DNA of 64,000 bases, from NCBI GenBank assembly GCA_021812705.1, contig JAKAMT010000001.1, positions 8,016 to 72,015 of the forward strand, written 5' to 3'. The DNA is from Bacteroidota bacterium (GTDB taxonomy: Bacteria > Bacteroidota > Ignavibacteria > Ignavibacteriales > Melioribacteraceae). A program made the position numbers and the translations under genes. The notes under the pieces are model-generated. The model made no database searches, was not told where the DNA came from, and saw only the letters and a list, made by a program, of their open reading frames with translations. Positions 55,531-64,000 of this stretch are shown here, piece after piece; the first letter of the stretch is position 1, and the number at the start of each line of letters is the position of its first letter.

Positions 55531-56658
55531 ATGAAGAAAAATTTTCTGCTCGCTCTTATTGGAATCGGTATTGGGGGCATCGGATTCGGACTTGTAACTC
55601 CGGTAACCGTCATGCTTCTTGAGTTGAACCATGCCCCGAGCTTCATTACGGGTTCAACCGCAATGGCCGGCTACTTAAGCATCTTTATTTTTTCCAGATA
55701 TACGGGAAGGCTGATAGACCGTTTTAATGTGAAGAGAATACTGACCGCGGGACTATTCCTCTGGATGATAAGCGCGCTTGCCCATCTATTCTGGTATGTC
55801 TATCCGCTCCTCTATATTGTAAAAATTTTTATGGGCATAGGCGGAACGCTGATTTTTGTTTCAACAGAAGTGATGATAAATTTTTACAGCGACGACACCA
55901 ACCGGGGCAGGAATATAGGACTGTATGTTGTAATCCTTTCCGCAGGCATCGCGGCAGGGTCGCTGCTGATCTGGACGATCAAAATCGCGAACTGGGTTCC
56001 TTTTGTTATCGGATCGTCGATTGTATTTGTAGTGTTCGTTCTTCAAACATTAATGATGGCGGAGATAGAAATAAGGGATAAAGACGAGGTTGCAGAAAAA
56101 ATGCCGGTTGCTGCAATGCCTCTCTTAAGTCTGCTTTCTGCCGCAGTGTACGGATTTTTTGAATCCTCCGTTGTAGTCGTTCTGCCGCTCTACGGACTTA
56201 GGAACAATTTTACCGGAGACGAGGTTTCTTATTTTCTTGCCTCATTTGTGACCGGCGGGATAGTTCTTCTCTATTTTATAGGGCATCTTGCAGATAAGCT
56301 TTCCAAGCATCTGCTTCTGCTTGTAATATCTTTTCTTCTTGGACTTCTGTTCCTATTTCCAGCGCTGCTCATGAACTTTGCATTTCTGACGGCCGTATTC
56401 TTTTTCATCGGCGGGATTGTGCCCGCATTTTATACTGTCGGACTTAATTACACGGTCGAAAAAACCCAAAAAAAATTTATGACACAGGCGAACGGTTATT
56501 TTATAATGATGTACGGAGCAGGAACGATAGCCGGTCCCATTCTCGGCGCTCTTCTGGTGGAGGTTAACAGACAGTATGGATACTGGCTCTTCGCCTCGGC
56601 GCTAAGTATCTGTTTTTTTGTCTTATTTAATGTTCGAAAAGGAGAAGAGGTTAAATAA
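55531..56658 (+). CDS. MFS transporter
   Basis: About 11-12 predicted TM helices. RYTGRLIDRFNVKR loop 2-3 motif. Confidence 0.8.
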   Translation: MKKNFLLALIGIGIGGIGFGLVTPVTVMLLELNHAPSFITGSTAMAGYLSIFIFSRYTGRLIDRFNVKRILTAGLFLWMISALAHLFWYVYPLLYIVKIFMGIGGTLIFVSTEVMINFYSDDTNRGRNIGLYVVILSAGIAAGSLLIWTIKIANWVPFVIGSSIVFVVFVLQTLMMAEIEIRDKDEVAEKMPVAAMPLLSLLSAAVYGFFESSVVVVLPLYGLRNNFTGDEVSYFLASFVTGGIVLLYFIGHLADKLSKHLLLLVISFLLGLLFLFPALLMNFAFLTAVFFFIGGIVPAFYTVGLNYTVEKTQKKFMTQANGYFIMMYGAGTIAGPILGALLVEVNRQYGYWLFASALSICFFVLFNVRKGEEVK

Positions 56659-56724
56659 AAGCCGTCTGTTATTCCACGAGCTATTTTATTATCTTACATT
56701 AAAATTATTTAGAATTGCTGATTG

Positions 56725-58686
56725 ATGGATATACAAGCCGACAAAGTCCTTGATAAAATTCGCGCCTCGGTTAAAGGCTCCTCTGCTATTGTGGTTAAAC
56801 GCTGCGGGAAGGAGAAGTCTATTCTGTTTTCTTCCGGAAAATTGGATGTTGCCGGCAAAAATATTGCCTCACTAATAAATTTTATTACGGCAAAAAAGAA
56901 AATTTCTGCTTCTGATGTAATAAAATCAAAGCAGTACAAATCATTTTCTGCCGAAGCAAAAGTTAGATCTCTTCATGCAGATTTATTCCTGCAGAAAGGA
57001 AAGGAGAACTATTTTTTAATCCTTTTTTTCAAAGAAAAAGTGCCGGCTAAAAAATTTATCGAACAAAAGATCTCATCAAATATCGAATTGCTGAAACAAA
57101 ATATTTTAAAGGATAGCCCGAAAGAAGAAACGGCTTCTTCGACGCAGACGCTTTCTGAAACAGAGATCGTTCAAACTGTTCGTGAATTGGTCAACGGCAT
57201 AAATGTGGTCCTCTACTCAACCAGTCCGGACGGCATGGAATTTAATTTTGTAACAGAAGCCGTGAGAACTTTGTTTGGATATTCTCCGGAAGAAATTTAT
57301 GAATATAAATACCGCACGCTAAAATCGATTCATCCTTCTGATTTTATCCGATTTAAACATTTTATAAACAAATTAAGAAACAAGGAAGAAGCGGTTGTTG
57401 TTTACAGAATGAAAGACCGCTTCTCAAAAGAACACTGGGTGCGGCACTCCGGAATCCCCCTGATTAAAAACAACGAGATAATCAGAGTGGTGGGAGTAAT
57501 TCAGGAGATTACGGAAGAGAAGAACACGCAGCTCCGCCTGGAAAAATCCGAAGAACGGTTTAGAATGCTTATTGATACAGCCGAAGATCTGATTTTCGTA
57601 CTCGATGGGTTCGGTTATTTCAGTATGGTTAATAAAAGCGGCGCGGCCGCCCTCGGTTATATTCCGGAAGAAATGATTGGACGGCATTTTCTTGAATTTA
57701 TTGACAAGGAAGACGAAGGCAAAATTGCCGAATCATTCAACCGCATTCTTACAACGGAAGGCATCACAACTTTCGAAACGGTTTTTCTTGACCGCTTTGA
57801 TAAAGGCATTACATTCGAAGTTAATGCGCAGCCGATGATTTCAAACGGCGAAGTTACCGGCATGCTTAGTTTTGGGAGAAATATTTCCAAAAGAAAATTG
57901 GATGAACAAAAAATAAGAGACTTGAATTCGAAACTGATAGAAGCCAACCGGATTATATCAATCGAACGGGAAAGAGCCAAAAATAAAATCACCATCCTGG
58001 AAGAGATTAATAAACTGAAGAGCGAATTTATCTCCAATGTCTCCCACGAACTCCGCACGCCGCTTGCTTCAATTGTCGGTTTTGCCGAAACAATAGTTTC
58101 CGACTCCGACCTTCCCAAGGATATGATTTATGAATTCTGCAATATAATCCTTCAGGAAGGAAACCGGCTCGCAAAACTGATAAACGATATCCTCGATTTT
58201 TCGCGCCTCGAAAGCGGAGAAGAAGAATTGCAGAAGTCGGATGTTAGTATTAGAGATCTTATTGACGAGACGCTTCAAAATTTTGACGAACAGATAAAAG
58301 CTAAGCAGCTTGTTATATCAAAAGAATACCCGGAAGTTAAATTTTTGATAAAAGCGGACAAAGAAAGAATTTCTAAAGCGTTTTATAATCTCATATCGAA
58401 CGCGGTAAAATACACCGGAAACGGAGGCAGAATTTCGGTCATCCTTCAGGACTTCGGAAAAGAGATTGAAATAGCAGTAAGCGATACCGGCGTTGGCATT
58501 AGAGAGCAGGATATTCCCACTCTTTTTCAAAAGTTTAACAAGATCGAAAAAAGCGGCATGCCGATAGGCGGAACGGGATTCGGATTGGTGAGCGTTAAAC
58601 AGATTGTCGATCTGCACAAGGGTTTTATCAAAGTAAGAAGCCAGGTGAATAAAGGAACAACCTTCATTATCAGACTTCCAAAATAG
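56725..58686 (+). CDS. PAS-domain sensor histidine kinase
   Basis: Two PAS-like segments. H-box SHELRTPL, N-box NAVKYT, G1 DTGVGI, G2 GTGFGL. An ATG at 56725 follows the TTG at 56722. Confidence 0.92.
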   Translation: MDIQADKVLDKIRASVKGSSAIVVKRCGKEKSILFSSGKLDVAGKNIASLINFITAKKKISASDVIKSKQYKSFSAEAKVRSLHADLFLQKGKENYFLILFFKEKVPAKKFIEQKISSNIELLKQNILKDSPKEETASSTQTLSETEIVQTVRELVNGINVVLYSTSPDGMEFNFVTEAVRTLFGYSPEEIYEYKYRTLKSIHPSDFIRFKHFINKLRNKEEAVVVYRMKDRFSKEHWVRHSGIPLIKNNEIIRVVGVIQEITEEKNTQLRLEKSEERFRMLIDTAEDLIFVLDGFGYFSMVNKSGAAALGYIPEEMIGRHFLEFIDKEDEGKIAESFNRILTTEGITTFETVFLDRFDKGITFEVNAQPMISNGEVTGMLSFGRNISKRKLDEQKIRDLNSKLIEANRIISIERERAKNKITILEEINKLKSEFISNVSHELRTPLASIVGFAETIVSDSDLPKDMIYEFCNIILQEGNRLAKLINDILDFSRLESGEEELQKSDVSIRDLIDETLQNFDEQIKAKQLVISKEYPEVKFLIKADKERISKAFYNLISNAVKYTGNGGRISVILQDFGKEIEIAVSDTGVGIREQDIPTLFQKFNKIEKSGMPIGGTGFGLVSVKQIVDLHKGFIKVRSQVNKGTTFIIRLPK

Positions 58687-58702
58687 AATCAGCCGAGGAT
58701 AA

Positions 58703-60085
58703 ATGGAAAAATTAGTTTTCATAGTTGACGATGAAGAGTCAATTTCAAAAATGCTTCTGCATTGGGTTAAAAATCAGTGGAATTATAATTGCAAAACTTT
58801 TATAAACGGAACAGACGCGCTCAACGCGCTTTCCGAAAACCCCGATCTTGTTTTACTCGATATTATGCTTCCTGATATAAACGGAAACGAAGTTCTGAGC
58901 AGGATAAAATCAAAAAATGACCAGCTCCCGGTCATTATGCTAAGTGCTCAGGGAAGTGTTGAAGTGGCTATAGAATCTCTGCGGCTCGGCGCGTTCGACT
59001 ATTTTCCTAAACCGTTGGACAAAAACAGACTTGAACCGGCAATAAGAAACGCCATCAAACATTATGATCTTGAAAGAGAATTAGAAAAATTAAAAGAGAA
59101 TCTTACAAAAGAGTACAGTTTTGAGAACATTATCTCTGCCGACAAAAAAATGCAGGACGCATTCAAAATGGTGTCGAAGGTTCTCGATAACGATATAACC
59201 GTTTTAATCCAGGGCGAAAGCGGCACCGGAAAAGAATTGGTGGCGCGCGCAATTCACTTTAACGGAAAAAGAAAATCTGCCCCATTCGTTGTTGTTAACT
59301 GCGCTTCAATCCCGCGCGAACTTCTTGAAAGCGAATTGTTCGGTCACGAGAAAGGATCTTTTACGGGCGCGCACGTCAGAAAAATAGGCAAGTTCGAACT
59401 TGCAAAAGGCGGAACAATCTTTCTTGATGAAATCGGAGAAATGGAAATGGCGCTGCAGGCAAAAATACTGCGCGTCATTCAGCAGAAAGAATTTGAACGC
59501 GTCGGCGGCAATGAAGTTATTAAAACAGACGTGCGCATAATCTCTGCCACAAACCGGGATCTTAAAGCCGCGGTAGAAAGCAAACAGTTTAGAGAAGATC
59601 TTTTTTACAGGCTCAGTTCATTTCCAATCAATATTCTCCCCCTGAGAGAAAGAAAGGGGGACATTGTTATACTCATTAATCATTTTATCGAAAAATTTAA
59701 TGATAAACTGGGCAAGCAGGTGAAAGGTGTTTCAAAGCCCGCACTGAAAATTATGTATGATTATGATTGGCCTGGAAATGTGCGCGAGCTTGAGAATACT
59801 CTCGAGAGATGCATGATTCTTTGCGACGTAGATCAGATTGGAGTGGATGTTCTGCCGGCTAATATTGCGCTTAAATATCAGGCCGCCGGCGTTAGCTCTA
59901 ACGGAAACATCTTCGGAGATGATTCGCCGGTTATTCCTTTTGAAAAATTAAAAGAAGAAGCGATACGCCACGCGCTTAAAGTTACAGAGGGAAATATTGT
60001 TGAAGCAGCCCGGAGGCTTAAAATAGGCAGAGCCACGCTCTACCGCCTTATGGATAAATATAAAATAGTTTCTCAATCAGAATAA
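58703..60085 (+). CDS. NtrC-family sigma-54-dependent response regulator
   Basis: Receiver (DLVLLDIMLPD), Walker A GESGTGKE, GSFTGA loop, Walker B FLDEIGE, C-terminal HTH. Confidence 0.93.
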   Translation: MEKLVFIVDDEESISKMLLHWVKNQWNYNCKTFINGTDALNALSENPDLVLLDIMLPDINGNEVLSRIKSKNDQLPVIMLSAQGSVEVAIESLRLGAFDYFPKPLDKNRLEPAIRNAIKHYDLERELEKLKENLTKEYSFENIISADKKMQDAFKMVSKVLDNDITVLIQGESGTGKELVARAIHFNGKRKSAPFVVVNCASIPRELLESELFGHEKGSFTGAHVRKIGKFELAKGGTIFLDEIGEMEMALQAKILRVIQQKEFERVGGNEVIKTDVRIISATNRDLKAAVESKQFREDLFYRLSSFPINILPLRERKGDIVILINHFIEKFNDKLGKQVKGVSKPALKIMYDYDWPGNVRELENTLERCMILCDVDQIGVDVLPANIALKYQAAGVSSNGNIFGDDSPVIPFEKLKEEAIRHALKVTEGNIVEAARRLKIGRATLYRLMDKYKIVSQSE

Positions 60086-60094
60086 AAGGTTAAT

Positions 60095-60436
60095 ATGGAA
60101 ATAGTTGAAGAAGTAATTGATGATATTGTAATAGAAATTGTGAATTATGACAGAGCAACTCTTCGCGAAGCAGAAGAACTTAAATTCAATGTGATGGAGA
60201 AACTGAATGCCGGTTATACAAAATTAATCGTCGATTTAACTTCGGTTGAATTTCTAGATTCTACTTTCCTGGGCGTTATTGTTAATACTCTTAAAAAAGC
60301 GGCCAAGCTTGGCGGAGACCTCAAATTGGTAGGATTTAAACCGGCCGTGAGATCTATGTTTGAATTGACCCGGCTCTTTAGAGTTTTTGAATCGTACAAC
60401 GATCTGCAGGATGCGATAAGAAGTTTTAATAAATAA
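60095..60436 (+). CDS. STAS-domain anti-sigma-factor antagonist, second copy
   Basis: 113 aa. IVDLTSVEFLDSTFLGVIV has the same DST motif as 53867-54232. Confidence 0.85.
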   Translation: MEIVEEVIDDIVIEIVNYDRATLREAEELKFNVMEKLNAGYTKLIVDLTSVEFLDSTFLGVIVNTLKKAAKLGGDLKLVGFKPAVRSMFELTRLFRVFESYNDLQDAIRSFNK

Positions 60437-60447
60437 AAATTCGGCAA

Positions 60448-61614
60448 TTGGGGAAAAATTTTGGAAGTAAATTGGAACAGGAAAATATAAAATCGAACGG
60501 AAGAATTCTCTTAGTTGAAGACGAATTCAATATAGCAAAATTGTTTACCTATAATCTTGCCAAAGCTGGATTTCAATGCGATGTCGCTGTTAACGGAAGG
60601 GAAGGGTATGAGCTTGCGGAAAAAATCAAGCCTGATTTGATAATCAGCGATGTTATGATGCCGGAAGTGGACGGCCACGAATTCAGAAGAATGCTTTTGA
60701 ATAATCCCGAGCTCAAACAGATCCCGTTCGTCTTTCTGACGGCGAAAGGGGAAGAGGACGATATTCTTCAGGGATATGACCTTGAAATAGAAGATTATAT
60801 AATCAAAACTTCCAGCCCCAAAATTGTCATTGCAAAAGTGTCGGCCATATTAAAAAGTTTGGAGAAGGAACGGGTAAAAGTCGTCGACGAAGTGCAAAAA
60901 GCAGCAGACTCAATGGGGACAAAAGTGGTGCCGGATGATTTCCCTCTCTTCGAAGGATTTAATATCAAACACTGGCATATTCCTTTCAAGTCCATTCCGG
61001 GCGGAGATTTTATAGATTACTTTAAATTGGACGAAGATAATATAGCCGTTATTCTGGGCGATGTAATGGGAAAACGCTGGGGTGCTTTCTATTTTGCAGT
61101 GGCTTATGCCGGCTATGTAAGAAGTGCGGCTCGCTTCGTTCTGGAATCTTCAAACGACTACCAGCCCAGCCACATTCTTCATAAGGTGAATGAATCTGTT
61201 TTTAAAGATGAAAGAATTTCCGAAGTTTTTATTACGCTCTCTGTTTTGATACTTGATAAAAAAAATAAAACAGCCCGTTATTCGGGCGCGGGCGACCTGC
61301 CTCTTATTTACAGGTCGGATAAGGCGGAAAAAATTATTTCCAAGGGAGTGCTGCTTGGATTCAGCCACTCGGGTGAATATGAAGATGTTGAAATTAAACT
61401 TAAGAGCGGCGATAAATTATTTCTGTTTACGGATGGAATTACTGAAGCAAGAAACAAATCGGGCGAACTTTACGGCGAAGAGAGATTTCTTGAATTTGTT
61501 TCCAATATCAATAATGAAGAAGATCCGCTGGACCAAATCCAAAAAGAGATTCTTACTTATTGCGGCGGCGAAATGGACGACGACCTTAGTCTTATATCGG
61601 TGAATGTTTTATGA
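60448..61614 (+). CDS. Response-regulator receiver fused to PP2C/SpoIIE-type phosphatase (RsbU-like)
   Basis: Receiver ILLVEDE / DLIISDVMMPEVDG. PP2C-like GGDFIDY, GDVMGKRWGA, LFTDGITEA, DDDLSLI. The TTG start is uncertain. Confidence 0.85.
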   Translation: MGKNFGSKLEQENIKSNGRILLVEDEFNIAKLFTYNLAKAGFQCDVAVNGREGYELAEKIKPDLIISDVMMPEVDGHEFRRMLLNNPELKQIPFVFLTAKGEEDDILQGYDLEIEDYIIKTSSPKIVIAKVSAILKSLEKERVKVVDEVQKAADSMGTKVVPDDFPLFEGFNIKHWHIPFKSIPGGDFIDYFKLDEDNIAVILGDVMGKRWGAFYFAVAYAGYVRSAARFVLESSNDYQPSHILHKVNESVFKDERISEVFITLSVLILDKKNKTARYSGAGDLPLIYRSDKAEKIISKGVLLGFSHSGEYEDVEIKLKSGDKLFLFTDGITEARNKSGELYGEERFLEFVSNINNEEDPLDQIQKEILTYCGGEMDDDLSLISVNVL

Positions 61615-61624
61615 GATGCGAATA

Positions 61625-62620
61625 TTAAATAAAAATTCCTCCGATACTTTTACGGAGGTACTCGAAATATTCTTTTGTAACGGTTATTTGCTTCAAAATA
61701 TCTGCAATGTCTTCCTTCTTAATTTTTTCAAAATCTTCAAAGCGTGGAGTGATGAACAATCCTCCCATGTCAACTGCGGCAGGGCTTATTAAAATCTGCT
61801 TCTCTCCCGATTTGAAAAATTGATCCGGTCTGTGTTTCTGACGCGGAAAAATCAAAATTCTCCAGATCTCTTCCTGAAATCCGGCTATTATATTCATAAG
61901 CGGTTCGTCATGCGGAGAAGAAATTTTTTTAAATGCATTGATGAATGTTTTAAATGCGTAAAGCAGTTCCCCCTTCGTCCGGGATTCGAGCGAAATAATA
62001 TATCGGAGATGATCCTCAAAGAAGCGGACCTCGATTTTTCCGTTGGAGATAACCGAACGTGCAAGGCGGCCCACCATTTTTTCAAACTCGTATTCGATAG
62101 GCATTATGGCTTTTGTGCCCGCCTGAAAATGCATATGGTCCGGTGCGGAAGCCCCGCATTTGGGCCCGTTGTAAAATATAGTATAATATTTTCCGAGCGA
62201 TTTAGACAGATCCAGCAGCTCCGCAAAATTTCCGATTATTGTCTGCGGCGTATGATTCTTTTTCGAAATTGTGAAATGTTCCGGAAATATGGGGTATGGA
62301 TTGCAAAGAATAACAAAGTGCTTGTTGAACGAGAGACTGTTTTGTTCTGCCGGCAGGTTTTCCGCGCAGAGGAAACATTTTCTTTTTCTTACCGCTTCTT
62401 CGTTCACATCGGCGGATGAAGATTTTATCCTTTCGGGATTGAATTGTATTTTCACATTGAAGGAATCAAATTCAATTTCCCTGGTAATTATTTTTTCGAG
62501 ATTATCGTAATTTGATTTTAAAAGCGGCCAGGAGTTTTTTTGTTCTTCCAGCAATTCACGGGCTCTTTCTGCCCACCGGCCGCTGTTGTTGTTTTTGTCG
62601 GGCTTCTCTTCGAATATCAT
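61625..62620 (-). CDS. DUF4922-like GalT/HIT-branch nucleotidyltransferase/phosphorylase
   Basis: HxHxQ motif in [11 protein letters not shown]. 331 aa. 4-nt overlap with the upstream glycosyltransferase. Confidence 0.6.
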   Translation of the reverse strand: MIFEEKPDKNNNSGRWAERARELLEEQKNSWPLLKSNYDNLEKIITREIEFDSFNVKIQFNPERIKSSSADVNEEAVRKRKCFLCAENLPAEQNSLSFNKHFVILCNPYPIFPEHFTISKKNHTPQTIIGNFAELLDLSKSLGKYYTIFYNGPKCGASAPDHMHFQAGTKAIMPIEYEFEKMVGRLARSVISNGKIEVRFFEDHLRYIISLESRTKGELLYAFKTFINAFKKISSPHDEPLMNIIAGFQEEIWRILIFPRQKHRPDQFFKSGEKQILISPAAVDMGGLFITPRFEDFEKIKKEDIADILKQITVTKEYFEYLRKSIGGIFI

Positions 62621-64000
62621 TTTTCTCTGTTCAATTTTATTCTTGCCGAAATTTCAAAAGTGCGTAGGCGGTCTTTATAATTGTTGTTCGCATTTAATTT
62701 TGCCGTCTCCAGCATAGAATCCGTATTCCCATCCCATCTTCTGCACAGATAAACCGGCTCGTAAATTCTTGCAGTCTTAAATTCGCGGGAAATTCTTAAA
62801 CCCAGAAAATAATCTTCTCCGTAACTCACATTCGGAATTCCAATCTTGCGCAAAAGCGGGGTGTAAAAAGCGCGCGGCGCTCCAAGCCCGTTGATCCGCA
62901 GCGCATTGTTCGGTCCGTTCTCATCGGTCCATTCGCGGTGATCAATCAATCCGGGCGGAATTTCATTCAAAGAAAAATCGGTTAGATTGTATGACCCGAT
63001 AACCATTCCGCATCTTTCGCTTTTAAATTTATCGACTATCTTTTGAAGAGTGGTTTCATCCTTGTACAAGTCGTCGCTGTCCAGCTGAACGGCAAACCTT
63101 CCGCACATTTTATTTTGAACCGCATAATACCAGCATCCGCCGATTAAAAAATCATTTCTTTCCGGAATTAAATGATGCAGGTTGTTGTGCTTAGAGGAGA
63201 GTTCTTTCAACAGCTCTGTTGTGCCGTCGTTCGAGTGGTTATCCACAACAAGAACATTAAAATTAAAATCTGTTTTTTGAGCAAGCGCAGAATTGACTGC
63301 GTCCTTCAATGTTTTGATCCGGTTCTTTACAGGAATAATCACGGAAGCTTCATACTCAAAAACTTCTTCTTCAAAACTGACCGGCGCGCTGGATAGTTGG
63401 ATAAACGCACCAATTTTTTTCAAGTGAGATGTGAATGCCTGCTCCATCTCTATCTGCACATTTCTGTTTTTGGGATCCACGTATTCGAACAGTTTTTCGC
63501 CGAGTGTTTCTTCCGCCGTCTCTTCGAAAGAGTATAAATATTCCGGTATTCTCATTATAGAATAATTTCTGGAGAGGCTCAGTCTGAGATCATAGATGCC
63601 GGCGAAATTGAAACTGACACTGATATCCTGCGCGCTCTTTTTAAAAGCTAACGCGCTGAATAAAACCAGCGGACCAAAATCGAAATCGTCCCGCACGCTT
63701 CCCGTTTGATAATCTATAAGCGGATGCTCTTTTCTCACCCCGTTTTTAATTTCGATATGATCTGAATATACTAATCCCGCGCCGGTATCCAGCGCCGTAT
63801 TCAAAAACCTTTTCACTTCCTCCGGTCCGATATTGAGGCTGACCGGTTTAGTGAGCAGGAATAAAAAATCTGTGTTGCACTTTTCCGCAATCAATTTAAG
63901 GGCCGAAGAGCTTTCCATTCTGACCGCGCTTAGTTTTTCCGTTTTGCCGGATTCTATCGCCCGTAATTTATCTCCCAAAATAAAAATCTTGCTGATCTGG
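62617..64000 (-). CDS. Family 2 glycosyltransferase with ~200-aa N-terminal extension (5' end probably beyond the window)
   Basis: [18 protein letters not shown], and the QLDSDD (DxD) motif. The frame stays open upstream of the track's TTG at 63978 to position 64000, so the true start is likely outside the window. Confidence 0.8.
   Translation of the reverse strand, partial: QISKIFILGDKLRAIESGKTEKLSAVRMESSSALKLIAEKCNTDFLFLLTKPVSLNIGPEEVKRFLNTALDTGAGLVYSDHIEIKNGVRKEHPLIDYQTGSVRDDFDFGPLVLFSALAFKKSAQDISVSFNFAGIYDLRLSLSRNYSIMRIPEYLYSFEETAEETLGEKLFEYVDPKNRNVQIEMEQAFTSHLKKIGAFIQLSSAPVSFEEEVFEYEASVIIPVKNRIKTLKDAVNSALAQKTDFNFNVLVVDNHSNDGTTELLKELSSKHNNLHHLIPERNDFLIGGCWYYAVQNKMCGRFAVQLDSDDLYKDETTLQKIVDKFKSERCGMVIGSYNLTDFSLNEIPPGLIDHREWTDENGPNNALRINGLGAPRAFYTPLLRKIGIPNVSYGEDYFLGLRISREFKTARIYEPVYLCRRWDGNTDSMLETAKLNANNNYKDRLRTFEISARIKLNREK

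Noticed and set aside
57657-58722. Minus-strand ORFs 57657-58118, 58069-58278 and 58318-58722 opposite the histidine kinase gene
   Set aside because: The plus strand carries the complete H, N, G1 and G2 boxes. The antisense ORFs are shadows.
61820-62419. 199-aa plus-strand ORF opposite the DUF4922-like gene (also 61253-61603, 61604-61792 and 62271-62510)
   Set aside because: The minus-strand ORF is longer, carries the HxHxQ motif and is translationally coupled to the glycosyltransferase. The plus-strand translations are Arg/Phe/Cys-rich noise.
1-64000. Search for tRNA, rRNA, CRISPR arrays, transposases, integrases and toxin-antitoxin pairs
   Set aside because: No intergenic region longer than ~290 nt exists. 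None of them shows tRNA-like T-loop (GGTTCGAATCC-type) sequence, regularly spaced direct repeats or rRNA-like sequence. No ORF has DDE, tyrosine-recombinase or serine-recombinase motifs that I could recognise.

Overview
Dense 64-kb chromosomal window with about 60 protein-coding genes. I saw no rRNA, tRNA, CRISPR array, transposase or integrase. The gene content suggests an FCB-group bacterium (Ignavibacteria/Bacteroidota-like): a T9SS C-terminal sorting domain, GH92/GH97 glycosidases, many lipoproteins and secreted peptidases, and rpoN with two sigma-54 activators. This taxonomic placement is inference only. All product calls come from motifs I recognised in the supplied translations; no database search was run. 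Most of the window is housekeeping or saprophytic metabolism: hslVU, rpoN, alr, cutC, glycosidases, peptidases and oxidoreductases. The standout is a compact accessory operon at 36645-41576 that looks AT-rich by eye. It encodes a Dcm-type m5C methyltransferase, an OLD/PARIS-like ABC-ATPase with a TOPRIM-like C-terminus, a GHKL (MORC-like) ATPase fused to a Hypoth_Ymh/TIGR02391-like domain, and Vsr. I found no recognisable classical restriction endonuclease in it. I read it as a methylation-guarded, two-ATPase defence module that I cannot match to any named system. Secondary points of interest: (1) a decayed GxxExxY mini-gene bracketed by an inverted repeat; (2) a lone DUF3800 gene; (3) an ATP-cone/uridine-kinase-like gene paired with an FCY1-like cytosine deaminase; (4) an rpoN-hslVU translationally coupled operon; (5) a sigma-54 activator/Ser-Thr kinase/Kelch-T9SS cluster; (6) a histidine kinase/NtrC/STAS/receiver-PP2C operon with no anti-sigma kinase in view.
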